Source: Thermoanaerobaculia bacterium (lineage in GTDB: Bacteria > Acidobacteriota > Thermoanaerobaculia > Gp7-AA8). From it: 64,000 nucleotides of DNA. Under the pieces are notes generated by a model. The model did no database searches and was not told the DNA's origin. It worked only from the letters and a program-made list of their open reading frames with translations. The stretch's first letter is position 1, and each line of letters opens with the position of its first letter. The position numbers and the translations under genes are program-made. This document shows, piece by piece, positions 1-8,178 of this stretch. The stretch is taken from positions 16,545 to 80,544 of the forward strand of contig DASPZU010000066.1 in assembly GCA_035636095.1 (NCBI GenBank), given 5' to 3'.

Positions 1-521
1 GAACCGCAGTCCAGATCTTTGCCGCCAATGATCGCATGAACCAGATTCTCATCGAACATCTTGACCCTGCCGTCTGGACAGCCAAACCGCCCGGCAAGGT
101 CCGCACCATTGCGGCGATCTTCACGCACATCCACAACGTCCGCTCCAAGTGGGTCAGGCTTACAGCTCCGCACCTGAAGGTTCCACGGCAACTCAATCGC
201 GCGCGCTGCACGCGGCAGCAGGCCGGCGCAGGATTGGCCGAGAGCGCCGCTCGCTGCGCGGAGATGCTCGCTGAAGCGCTCGGCGGTGGTGGGGGCCGCA
301 TCGAGAAGTTTCGCAGAGACGGCTGGGCTCAGCCGTGGCCGGTCGGTGTGGAAATGCTCTGCTACATGCTTTCTCACGAAGCCCACCATCGCGGGCAGGT
401 GTGTATGCTCACGCATCAGCTCGGATTCCCGTTGCCGAACGCGGTGACGTCCGGGATTTGGAACTGGGAAAAGCTGTGGAGAGAGTGCGGGTCGCCTGCC
501 GGCCCCGGCTACGATACTTAG
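1..521 (+). CDS. DinB family protein (5' end probably outside window)
   Basis: The frame of ATG 36 stays open back to base 3 (..TAVQIFAANDRMNQ..). The 'LSHEAHHRGQ' helix and ~160 aa size fit the DinB/YfiT metal-binding four-helix fold. Confidence 0.7.
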   Translation, partial: TAVQIFAANDRMNQILIEHLDPAVWTAKPPGKVRTIAAIFTHIHNVRSKWVRLTAPHLKVPRQLNRARCTRQQAGAGLAESAARCAEMLAEALGGGGGRIEKFRRDGWAQPWPVGVEMLCYMLSHEAHHRGQVCMLTHQLGFPLPNAVTSGIWNWEKLWRECGSPAGPGYDT

Positions 522-604
522 AAAATCGCCGGGCCCGAACGCAGCAGAGCGTTCTGCTACCTTTGGCCGATGCTCTGAGGCCGCGGCGGTAGCATAATCA
601 TCGT

Positions 605-1918
605 ATGGAACCGACCAAGGAATCGGTGTCGGACAAGGGCTGCGACACGACGGCACTGCCGGACGAGATCTGGACCGAGAGTCTGGAAAGGCTCAAGGCG
701 AGGCTCGAGGAGGAGACCAGCGAACGCCGCCGCGCGCATTGCATGGCCCACATTCAGAGCCACGCCGTGCAGCTCGCGCTCGATCTGATCGTCCGCGAAG
801 CCGATATCGAAGGCTTCTTCCGCGCATTCATGAAGTCGCTGATCGAGACCGGCGAGAGCCACGCCTGCGGCGTCTGGCTCCTCGACGAAGAGGGCACGCG
901 GTGCGATCTGTGGATGGCCTACATCGGCGAGAAACTGTTCGTGAAAGACGGTCCCGATTGGGACGCGCTGACCATGCCGCGCGACGCGATGGCGGCGTAT
1001 CTCTTCGAATTCAAGCAGGGTTGGAGCGAGACAATTGAATATTGCGGTGATGATGCCCGTCTGCCGGAGAGCGTTCGCACATTCAACAAGTCGATCGGCC
1101 TGACGGCGGTGGCGGTCACCCCGCTCGTCCTCCCGTCTCGCAACCTCGGATGGATTGCACTCTCCACCGCCGACGCGCAACCGGAGGAGGCGCCCTGGCG
1201 GCGCCTGCTGTTGGAAGCGACCGCGCGTCAGGCCACCCTGGCGCTGCATCAGAGCCGGCTGGCGGAACAGAGCCGCATCGAAGCGCGGCATCAGGCGGTG
1301 CTGGAAGAGCGCAATCGGATTGCGCGCGACATTCACGACACGCTGGCGCAGGGATTCGCGGCCATCCTGATGCAATTGCAATCGGTGCAGCGGGCGCCGG
1401 GTCTGCAGCCTAACATCGCCAGGAGTATCGACGACGCCGTCGACCTCGCCCGAACGCACATGATCGAGGCGCGAAGATCGGTGGGAGCGCTTCGGCCGCA
1501 GGAGATCGCCGCCGGCGATGTCGTGGCCGTCCTCGAGCGCACCACCGACCTGGCGCGGCGAACGACCGACGTACCGATCGAGCTGTTCGTGGAAGAGCTT
1601 CCGGCACTCGATGGAGTGGTCGAACGCGAGATCATCGGCATTGCACAGGAAGCATTGACGAACGCGGTCCGCCACGCGCGCGCACGCAAGATCACCATTC
1701 ACGCCGCAGCCACGCGGTCGGACGGATTCCGTCTTTCCGTTGCCGACGATGGACGCGGCATCGCCAAGGAGCGCTTTGGCGCGGGCTTCGGCCTGACCAG
1801 CATGCAGGAGCGCGCGGAGAGAATCGGCGGCTCTTTGACGATCGTCACCGCGCCGCGAGCAGGAACGGAAGTGGTGCTGGCATGGGAGCCGCCGGCCTTC
1901 AGCATCCCGAATCCATGA
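605..1918 (+). CDS. GAF-domain sensor histidine kinase (HisKA_3 / NarL-type)
   Basis: 437-aa ORF with H-box 'ERNRIARDIHDTLAQGF' and ATPase boxes 'EALTNAVRHA', 'DDGRGI', 'GFGLTSMQERA'. The stop overlaps the next start (ATGA at 1915-1918). Confidence 0.85.
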   Translation: MEPTKESVSDKGCDTTALPDEIWTESLERLKARLEEETSERRRAHCMAHIQSHAVQLALDLIVREADIEGFFRAFMKSLIETGESHACGVWLLDEEGTRCDLWMAYIGEKLFVKDGPDWDALTMPRDAMAAYLFEFKQGWSETIEYCGDDARLPESVRTFNKSIGLTAVAVTPLVLPSRNLGWIALSTADAQPEEAPWRRLLLEATARQATLALHQSRLAEQSRIEARHQAVLEERNRIARDIHDTLAQGFAAILMQLQSVQRAPGLQPNIARSIDDAVDLARTHMIEARRSVGALRPQEIAAGDVVAVLERTTDLARRTTDVPIELFVEELPALDGVVEREIIGIAQEALTNAVRHARARKITIHAAATRSDGFRLSVADDGRGIAKERFGAGFGLTSMQERAERIGGSLTIVTAPRAGTEVVLAWEPPAFSIPNP

Positions 1919-2541
1919 TCGAACCCGCGGGCGTTCTCGTTGTTGACGACCACGCGCTCGTGCGCACCGGCGTCGTCAACATCATCAGCCACGAGGCCGA
2001 CCTCCGCGTGGTGGCAGAAGCCGCCAACGGAGCGGAGGCGGTGGTTGCATTTGCGAAACATCATCCCGACGTCGTTTTGCTCGATCTGCGGATGCCGGTG
2101 ATGGAAGGCGTGGAGGCGGTCCGGCAGATTCGCGAGCTCGATCCGAACGCCAGGGTCATCGTGCTGACGACCTACGATACCGACGAAGACATCACGCGCG
2201 CGCTGAAGGCGGGCGCGAAGGCTTACGTGCTCAAAGACATCACCGCCGACGAGTTGATCGCCTGCATCCACGATGTCATTGCCGGCAAGACCTATCTCGC
2301 GCCGGCCGCCGCGGCCAAGCTGGCCGAAGGCCTGACGCGGGTGCAGGTGACGCCGCGCGAGCTGTCGACGCTGCGCCTCATGGCCGACGGCAAATCAAAC
2401 AAGGAAATCGCCAGCACCCTCGGCATCAGCGAGCGCACCGTCAAGAGTCACCTCGGTCATCTCTTTGAGAAGCTCGGCGTCACCAGCCGCACCGAGGCGA
2501 TCAAGGTCGCGACCCGGCGCGGGCTGGTGCGTATGGACTGA
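1915..2541 (+). CDS. response regulator, NarL/LuxR family
   Basis: REC domain 'VLVVDDHALVR..DVVLLDLRMP' plus LuxR HTH 'TPRELSTLRLMADGKSNKEIASTLGISERTVKSHL'. ATG 1915 (ATGA coupling) is preferred over ATG 1882. Confidence 0.85.
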   Translation: MIEPAGVLVVDDHALVRTGVVNIISHEADLRVVAEAANGAEAVVAFAKHHPDVVLLDLRMPVMEGVEAVRQIRELDPNARVIVLTTYDTDEDITRALKAGAKAYVLKDITADELIACIHDVIAGKTYLAPAAAAKLAEGLTRVQVTPRELSTLRLMADGKSNKEIASTLGISERTVKSHLGHLFEKLGVTSRTEAIKVATRRGLVRMD

Positions 2542-3101
2542 TGCGAAAAGTCATCCTGAAGATGGCGATGTCGGTTGACGGGTTCGTCAACGGTCCCAAC
2601 GGGGAGTTGGAGTGGGTGTTTGAAACGATGGACGCCGAATTGACGAAGTGGATCGTCGACTCCGTGTGGCAAGCCGGCGTCCACATCATGGGGGCGAAGA
2701 CCTATCAAGACATGGCAGCCTTTTGGCCGAACCCGAGCGTGCAGCCTCCCGAGCATCGACCGTTCGCGGCGCCGATGAACGAGATTCCTAAAGTCGTTTT
2801 CTCTAAAGCGCTGAAAGAGGCGACTTGGAAAGAGTCGCGCATCGCGCGCGGCGATCTTCGCGAGGAGATTGCGCGTCTCAGGCAGCAGCCGGGTAAGCCG
2901 ATTCTCGCGCATGGCGGGGCGCGCTTCGCGCAATCGCTCGCGAGGGAGAACCTGATCGACGAATACCGCATCGTCACGCACCCGGTCGCCCTGGGCGGCG
3001 GAGCGCCTCTGTTCAAGGATTTGCCTTCACATCTGAATCTGAAACTGCAAGGCGCGACGACATTTGCGTCGGGCGTGGTCGCGCACATCTACGAACGCTG
3101 A
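2541..3101 (+). CDS. dihydrofolate reductase-like (RibD C-terminal domain) family protein
   Basis: The N-terminus 'MRKVILKMAMSVDGFVNGPNGELEWVF' is typical of the RibD_C/DHFR-like family. The start overlaps the regulator stop (TGATG). Confidence 0.75.
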   Translation: MRKVILKMAMSVDGFVNGPNGELEWVFETMDAELTKWIVDSVWQAGVHIMGAKTYQDMAAFWPNPSVQPPEHRPFAAPMNEIPKVVFSKALKEATWKESRIARGDLREEIARLRQQPGKPILAHGGARFAQSLARENLIDEYRIVTHPVALGGGAPLFKDLPSHLNLKLQGATTFASGVVAHIYER

Positions 3102-3109
3102 CGGCATTT

Positions 3110-3811
3110 ATGATGAAAAGAAAAAGCAAGAAGGCACTTCCCAAAATCGTCTCGCAAAATGCGTGGCAGAAGGCTCATGCAAAGCTGTTGGCGAAGGAAA
3201 AGGCTGCCACTCGTGCGCGAGACGCGCTGGCTGCGGAACGGCGTCGGCAGCCGATGGTGGAAATCGAAAAGGAGTATCTGTTCGAGGGACCCCAGGGCAA
3301 AGCCACTCTGCTCGATCTGTTCGAAGGACGCCGCCAGCTCATCGTCTATCACTTCATGTTCGCGCCTGGAGTTGATGGTTGGCCGAAGGCCGGCTGACCC
3401 GGCTGCTCATTATGTGTTGACCAGTTTGGTCACCTTGCCCATCTCCACGCACGCGACACGTCATTCGCCCTGATTTCGCGCGCGCCGCTGGCGAACATCG
3501 AACGTTATCGAAAACGCATGGGGTGGACGATACCGTGGTACTCGTCGCACGACAGTGACTTCAATGTCGACTTCGGTCTAACAACCAAGCGTGGTGAGAC
3601 TTTCGGCCTCAGCGTTTTCCTGCGCGATGGCGACAAGATCTTTCGCACCTACTTCACGTCGCTTCGCGGCGTCGAGGCCCTCGGCAGTGTCTGGACATTC
3701 CTCGATCTCACCCCACTCGGACGGCAAGAGGATTGGGAGAATTCGCCGGAGGGCTGGCCGCAGACCCCGCGCTACCAGTGGTGGCGCCGCCACGACGAAT
3801 ATGGTTCGTGA
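3110..3811 (+). CDS. DUF899 thioredoxin-like protein with one in-frame TGA (3395-3397) at the first Cys of CxxC; candidate selenoprotein or nonsense pseudogene
   Basis: ORFs 3110-3397 and 3518-3811 share a frame. The 120 nt between them is open and reads PGCSLCVDQFGHLAHLHARDTSFALISRAPLANIERYRKR. The full 233-codon product matches the DUF899 layout (..YHFMF..G-[C]-P-x-C-S.. ..MGW..PWYSS.. ..LDLTPLGRQEDWE..). Confidence 0.6.
3416..3433 (+). other. hairpin 19 nt downstream of TGA 3395 (SECIS-like candidate)
   Basis: Stem TGACCA (3418-3423) pairs with TGGTCA (3427-3432). The loop is GTT. G3416-C3433 can pair if T3417 bulges. The loop lies about 30 nt after the U of UGA. Confidence 0.35.
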
Positions 3812-3861
3812 AATCCGAATTATGCCGCTGGCTGACATATATCAATAGATAGAGTTCGCAC

Positions 3862-4254
3862 ATGTCTGACGAAATCATCGGCGCCGGGGGCGAGGTGATC
3901 GTCATCGATTTCCGCCGAAGCGGGAGCATGCAGACGGCAGTCATCGGCATGAATAACGGCTCTTCGCTCAGTGCGCTGGCCTCGCAGCTCATCGCGAAGG
4001 CGTTCAACGTGAAGCGAGCATCGGACATCGCGATGGTGGTCACGGATGACGGCAAGGCCGACGACTGCATCGCGCCAATGTCGAATCATGATGCGGCGAG
4101 GATGCTTTCGCGAATCACAAAACGGCCGGTCGTGTACGTCGATGTTCCCGAGAACATCGCCCGGCAATCGATGCGACACCTCGGAATGCCGGCGTCGCTC
4201 GTCGAAGCACTACTGCGAGACGACCGGCGATCCGATCACTCGCGCAGTACTTGA
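3862..4254 (+). CDS. hypothetical protein resembling the C-terminal third of NmrA/SDR NAD(P)-binding proteins (possible gene remnant)
   Basis: 'RPVVYVDVPENIARQSMRHLGMPASLVEALL' resembles the NmrA-family C-terminal region, but no Rossmann N-terminus is present. It overlaps the convergent gene end by 19 nt. Confidence 0.3.
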   Translation: MSDEIIGAGGEVIVIDFRRSGSMQTAVIGMNNGSSLSALASQLIAKAFNVKRASDIAMVVTDDGKADDCIAPMSNHDAARMLSRITKRPVVYVDVPENIARQSMRHLGMPASLVEALLRDDRRSDHSRST

Positions 4255-5912
4255 TGCACGAAGGCAACCGCGATCGAGCCTTCGCCGACCGCTGAGGCCA
4301 CGCGTTTGATGTTGCCGCCTCGCACGTCTCCGACCGCGAAGATGCCGGGCCGGTTGGTCTCGAGAAGATGCGGCTGCCGCGCCAGCGGCCACTGCGCGGT
4401 GCCCAGATCCTCCTGCGAGAGATCGGGACCGGTCTTGATGAATCCGTGATCGTCGAGCGCGACGCAGCCGTTGAGCCATTTGGTCGCCGGCACTGCGCCC
4501 GTCATCACGAAAACGTGGCGGATGTTTTCAACAGTGTCGGTTCCGCTGTTCTCATCACGACAACGCACGCGCTCCAGGTGCCTCCCACCCTCGAGCGCAA
4601 CGATCTGACAACTCGTCCTGACCTCGATGGCTGGATTGTCTTCGATGCGCCGGACCAGATAGCGCGACATGCTCTCGGCCAATCCACCCGATCGGACCAG
4701 CATGATCGCGCGACTGGCGTGCCCCGCCAGGAAGACCGCCGCCTGACCAGCCGAATTGCCGCCGCCGACGATGATCACCTTCTCGCCTTTGCATAGTTGT
4801 GCTTCCATGGGCGTGGCGATGTAGTAAACGCCTGCACTGTTGAAGCTGGCGAGATTCTCGATGGGCAAGCCTCGATATTCGGCGCCGGTGGCGATGATGA
4901 TGGTGCGGGCCGTGACGCGCGCTCCATTCTCGATCTCGATGGCGTACGGTCGTCTCTCGCACCGCAACTGCGTGGCGCCTTTGGCGATGATCATCTGGGC
5001 GCCGAATTTCTCGGCTTGACTGAATGCGCGTGTGGCCAGCTCCTCACCGGTAATGCCGGAGGGGAAGCCGAGGTAGTTTTCGATGCGCATGCTGGAGCCG
5101 GCCTGACCGCCGGGCGCATTCGCTTCGACCATCAAGACGTCGAGACCTTCCGACGCGGCATACACTGCGGCGCCTAGACCGGCCGGACCTGCGCCTACGA
5201 TCACCACGTCGCGAATGTGACTCTCGTCGACGTCGATGGCCTCATTGAATCCGATGCAATCGGCAATCTCCGCGTTGGTCGGATTCCGAAGGGTCGCTTC
5301 ACCGCGACAGATCACCACGGGAATGTCGGCGGTCGAGACCTTCAGGCGATCGAGGGATTCCTGAGAGACTTCGTCGACGTCGAGGTCGACATATGTATAT
5401 GGATGCGCATTCCGCGAGAGGAACTCACGGATCTGCAGGGTTCGAGGCGAGTACCTCGAGCCCAGCACCACCACGTCTCCGAAGCCGCGATCGATGAGCG
5501 CGACCCGCCGCAGGATGAACGCCCGCATGAAGATCTCGCTGAGCTCGGCGTCCGTTTGCAGCAGCGCCAGAAGGTCGTCGCGTTGTACTTCGATGACTTC
5601 GCCGGCGTCGATCACGCGGATGGTCGCCAGGCCGCGCCGGCCGGTCAGCAGATTCAGCTCGCCGCTGAATTGACCGCTGTGATGCGTCGTGACCACTTCC
5701 TCGCCAGTACAGGAGGAGCGTACGACCTCCAGCTCTCCGGCCGTGACCAGGAACAACGGGAAGTGCTGCTGACCTGCCTCCATGAGCACATCGCCGCGCT
5801 GCACCGTGCGTCTTCGTCCGTGAGCAGCGATGCGTGCGATCTGCTCCGGCGTCAAGATCGGAAAAACCTGTTCTTCACGCGGCGCGACAGTCAGGGGAAC
5901 GGAGGCAGACAT
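4236..5912 (-). CDS. cyclic-nucleotide-binding domain fused to thioredoxin-reductase-like FAD/NAD(P) oxidoreductase
   Basis: N-terminal cNMP-binding region 'FLVTAGELEVV..SGQFSGELNLLTGRR'. FAD site 'VVIVGAGPAGLGAAVYAASEG', NAD(P)H site 'VIIVGGGNSAGQAAVFLA', and 'GIFAVGDVR'. Confidence 0.85.
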   Translation of the reverse strand: MSASVPLTVAPREEQVFPILTPEQIARIAAHGRRRTVQRGDVLMEAGQQHFPLFLVTAGELEVVRSSCTGEEVVTTHHSGQFSGELNLLTGRRGLATIRVIDAGEVIEVQRDDLLALLQTDAELSEIFMRAFILRRVALIDRGFGDVVVLGSRYSPRTLQIREFLSRNAHPYTYVDLDVDEVSQESLDRLKVSTADIPVVICRGEATLRNPTNAEIADCIGFNEAIDVDESHIRDVVIVGAGPAGLGAAVYAASEGLDVLMVEANAPGGQAGSSMRIENYLGFPSGITGEELATRAFSQAEKFGAQMIIAKGATQLRCERRPYAIEIENGARVTARTIIIATGAEYRGLPIENLASFNSAGVYYIATPMEAQLCKGEKVIIVGGGNSAGQAAVFLAGHASRAIMLVRSGGLAESMSRYLVRRIEDNPAIEVRTSCQIVALEGGRHLERVRCRDENSGTDTVENIRHVFVMTGAVPATKWLNGCVALDDHGFIKTGPDLSQEDLGTAQWPLARQPHLLETNRPGIFAVGDVRGGNIKRVASAVGEGSIAVAFVHQVLRE

Positions 5913-5933
5913 GACGTCATCCTAACCCCGCGG

Positions 5934-6524
5934 TCAATCCGCTTTGACCAGCGGCACGTCGACGAGGTGCTGCGACAGGAACCACACTTGTTTCTCGTTG
6001 CCCCGAATGACATCGGAGACAAGGAGATCGTTCGTCCCATCGTCGCCTGATTTCGCCGCCTGCCGCGCCATCGTGCGCGCTTCCTCGAGCACGATTTCAT
6101 GGGCGTGCAGAAGTCGCGAGATTTGCACCGGCACTTCTTCGCGGCCCTTGGGCGGGCGCGGGATGATGGTCGTCTCCGCGATGTCGGGTGCCATCGCGAG
6201 GCCGACGCCGCCCAGCGACTGGATCCGCTCGGCGATTGCGTCCACCAGATCGTTCTGCTCTTCGTAGTGCTTATCGAAGAGAAGATGCAATTGATAGAAC
6301 GTGGGTCCGCCGACCTGCCAGTGGTGCTTTTTGTAGAGATCGCGCAGCGTGAACGTGTCGGCGAGAACCTGATTGAGATTCTCGACGCTCTGCTTCGCGA
6401 CCTTCTGTGAGAGCGCGATCGGCATCGGCACGGTCTGGCTGAACGCCTGAAACTCGTGTGCGCTCTGGCGGCTCAGCGGGCGCGCACGCGCCGCGATCGC
6501 CTCGGTATTTTTCTTTTTGGCCAT
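5934..6524 (-). CDS. dps: Dps family DNA-protection / ferritin-like protein
   Basis: 'LYKKHHWQVGGPTFYQLHLLFDKHYEEQNDLVDAIAERI' is a Dps ferroxidase-site region. The start is set at ATG 6524, which is preceded by AAGGAG, rather than ATG 6548. Confidence 0.85.
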   Translation of the reverse strand: MAKKKNTEAIAARARPLSRQSAHEFQAFSQTVPMPIALSQKVAKQSVENLNQVLADTFTLRDLYKKHHWQVGGPTFYQLHLLFDKHYEEQNDLVDAIAERIQSLGGVGLAMAPDIAETTIIPRPPKGREEVPVQISRLLHAHEIVLEEARTMARQAAKSGDDGTNDLLVSDVIRGNEKQVWFLSQHLVDVPLVKAD

Positions 6525-6554
6525 TTGGATCTCCTTCCAGCTTCGCATTCTGAT

Positions 6555-6920
6555 CTACAGCGTCCAGTTTCTCTCGCGCCCTGCTGCCTCGAGCAATGTC
6601 TGATGCTTCAGGCAGTAGGGCGTCCACGGGACCGCGTCGAGACGTTTCGGTTCGATCGGGCCCCCGTCGACGAGACATTTGCCGAAAGTGCCGTCATCGA
6701 TCCGACGGAGCGCATCCTGCACTTGCTGCAGAATCATCGAGTTGAGCTCGGCCGCGGTGAATTCAGAATCGATGGCCACGTCGGACACGCTGGCATCGCC
6801 GGCATCGTGCGGAGTGTCGATCAATTCTCCGCGGCCATCTTCGAGATCGCGAGAGGTACTCGCGTCGAGCTTCTTTTCAAGGTCGAGCAGCCGTCGCTTG
6901 TAACGTTGAATGTTGATCAT
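6555..6920 (-). CDS. TraR/DksA family zinc-finger protein
   Basis: 121 aa with an N-terminal coiled-coil region and a C-terminal 'GKCLVDGGPIEPKRLDAVPWTPYCLKHQ' finger-like segment. Confidence 0.6.
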   Translation of the reverse strand: MINIQRYKRRLLDLEKKLDASTSRDLEDGRGELIDTPHDAGDASVSDVAIDSEFTAAELNSMILQQVQDALRRIDDGTFGKCLVDGGPIEPKRLDAVPWTPYCLKHQTLLEAAGRERNWTL

Positions 6921-7735
6921 GATCCGAAATATCCGTTCATCTCCGCGCCGGGAATTGCGCGGCCGAGCGCGGAGAACGTTCCCTTCTCGGCGATCTCTCT
7001 CGCCGCTGCCAGAAATCCGGTCCAGGCCGTGCGTGCAAGCGCGCCGCCCACGCTGATCCGACGCACGCCCGCCGCAGCCAGCTCAGCCACGGTCGTGAAG
7101 TCGCTTCCCGCAAGAACATTCACTGGTTTGGGCGCGACCGCTTCCACGACCGCCTTGATGTCGCCGATCTTTCGCAATCCTGGCGCATAGAGGCAGTCGG
7201 CGCCGGCCGCGGCGTACGCTGCCAGACGGCGAATCGTCTCGTCAAAGTCAGGGCGACCGGCAATGAAGCCCTCCGAGCGCGCGGTGAGAAGAACGCCCGT
7301 GCCGCTCTTCTCGATCGCCGCCCGCGCGGCACGGACTCGCGCCACCGAAAGATCAAATTCGAACAGGGGATTCGCTGCATCGCCGGTCGAATCTTCGATC
7401 GATATGCCGGCGATCCCTGTCGCAACCGCGGCGGCTACGTTGTCCGCGACTCCGTGAGCGTCAACCGCGAAGCCTCCCTCGAAGTCGGCATTGATGGGGA
7501 CGTCTACGGCGGCGGTGATGGCGCGGAAATGCGCCAGCGCTTGTTCGAGCGGGACGTGGTTATCGCGACGACCCACGGACCACGCGAATCCCGAGCTGGT
7601 CGTCGCCAGCGCCGGAAATCCGAGCTGGACCAGAAGCTTCGCGCTGCCGGGATCCCATGGATTCGGCATCACGAAGCATCCCGACTGATGAAGCTGGCGA
7701 AATCGGTCCGTCGATCTGGTCATCTGCGCGAGCAT
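6917..7735 (-). CDS. isocitrate lyase / PEP mutase family protein
   Basis: 'FVMPNPWDPGSAKLLVQLGFPALATTSSG' and 'GISIEDS' motifs. The stop overlaps the downstream start (ATGA). Confidence 0.8.
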   Translation of the reverse strand: MLAQMTRSTDRFRQLHQSGCFVMPNPWDPGSAKLLVQLGFPALATTSSGFAWSVGRRDNHVPLEQALAHFRAITAAVDVPINADFEGGFAVDAHGVADNVAAAVATGIAGISIEDSTGDAANPLFEFDLSVARVRAARAAIEKSGTGVLLTARSEGFIAGRPDFDETIRRLAAYAAAGADCLYAPGLRKIGDIKAVVEAVAPKPVNVLAGSDFTTVAELAAAGVRRISVGGALARTAWTGFLAAAREIAEKGTFSALGRAIPGAEMNGYFGS

Positions 7736-7927
7736 ATCCGAACAAAGCTTCCACAGCGTCGCCGATCGGATCGCCGTTGCAGCATCGTCTTCTCGCGAAC
7801 TTTGCTCAACAACGTGTGCACGCCATCTGTGGAAGGATGTGGAAAACCGCGAAAAATGTAACAGCGAAAACTATTGCGCGCGCGCTTTCGTGAACCTATC
7901 TTGTCGCTCGTCTCAATACGAACGCTT

Positions 7928-8054
7928 CATCGCAGATGTCAACGTGTTGAGGTCGCCTCGAGGGACGCGATGGGTCAAGCGAGGTGAAACGATTTCGGCG
8001 GGAACGCGCTATCGCAGATGTCAACCTGACGAAGTCGGTCGCAGTAACGCGATG
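7928..8054 (+). ncRNA. tandem structured repeat (two ~45-nt hairpin units), candidate cis-regulatory leader or small RNA
   Basis: A perfect 15-nt direct repeat ATCGCAGATGTCAAC occurs at 7929-7943 and 8011-8025. Each copy is closed by an ATCGC/GCGAT stem (7928-7972 and 8011-8053). The inner hairpins differ in sequence (UGAGG-UCG-CCUCG versus UGAC-GAA-GUCG). A third GATGTTAAC lies at 8092-8100. Confidence 0.35.
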
Positions 8055-8112
8055 AGTTGCTGAGGCAAATTTGGCGCGAATGCCCCCTTGTGGATGTTAA
8101 CGCGCTGAGAAA

Positions 8113-8150
8113 GGTTCCGGGATACAAGGGATCCCGGACCCGTTTTTTTT
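8113..8150 (+). terminator. intrinsic terminator upstream of pirin
   Basis: GGT(T)CCGGGAT (8113-8123) pairs with ATCCCGGACC (8131-8140), a 10-bp stem with one bulge. It is followed by CG and T8 (8143-8150), 29 nt before the pirin ATG. Confidence 0.6.
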
Positions 8151-8178
8151 CGTGTGGAATGCACTTTTGTTGTACTGA

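Noticed and set aside
557-1702. 381-aa ORF antisense to the histidine kinase gene
   Set aside because: It is an Arg/Leu/Gly-rich shadow ORF of the kind expected on the opposite strand of a high-GC gene. It has no recognisable motif, whereas the sense strand has a clear HisKA_3/HATPase gene.
7736-8178. Possible tRNA or selC gene in the long intergenic gap
   Set aside because: I found no T-arm (GGTTCGA-type box) or cloverleaf. The region is better described as repeated hairpins plus a terminator.
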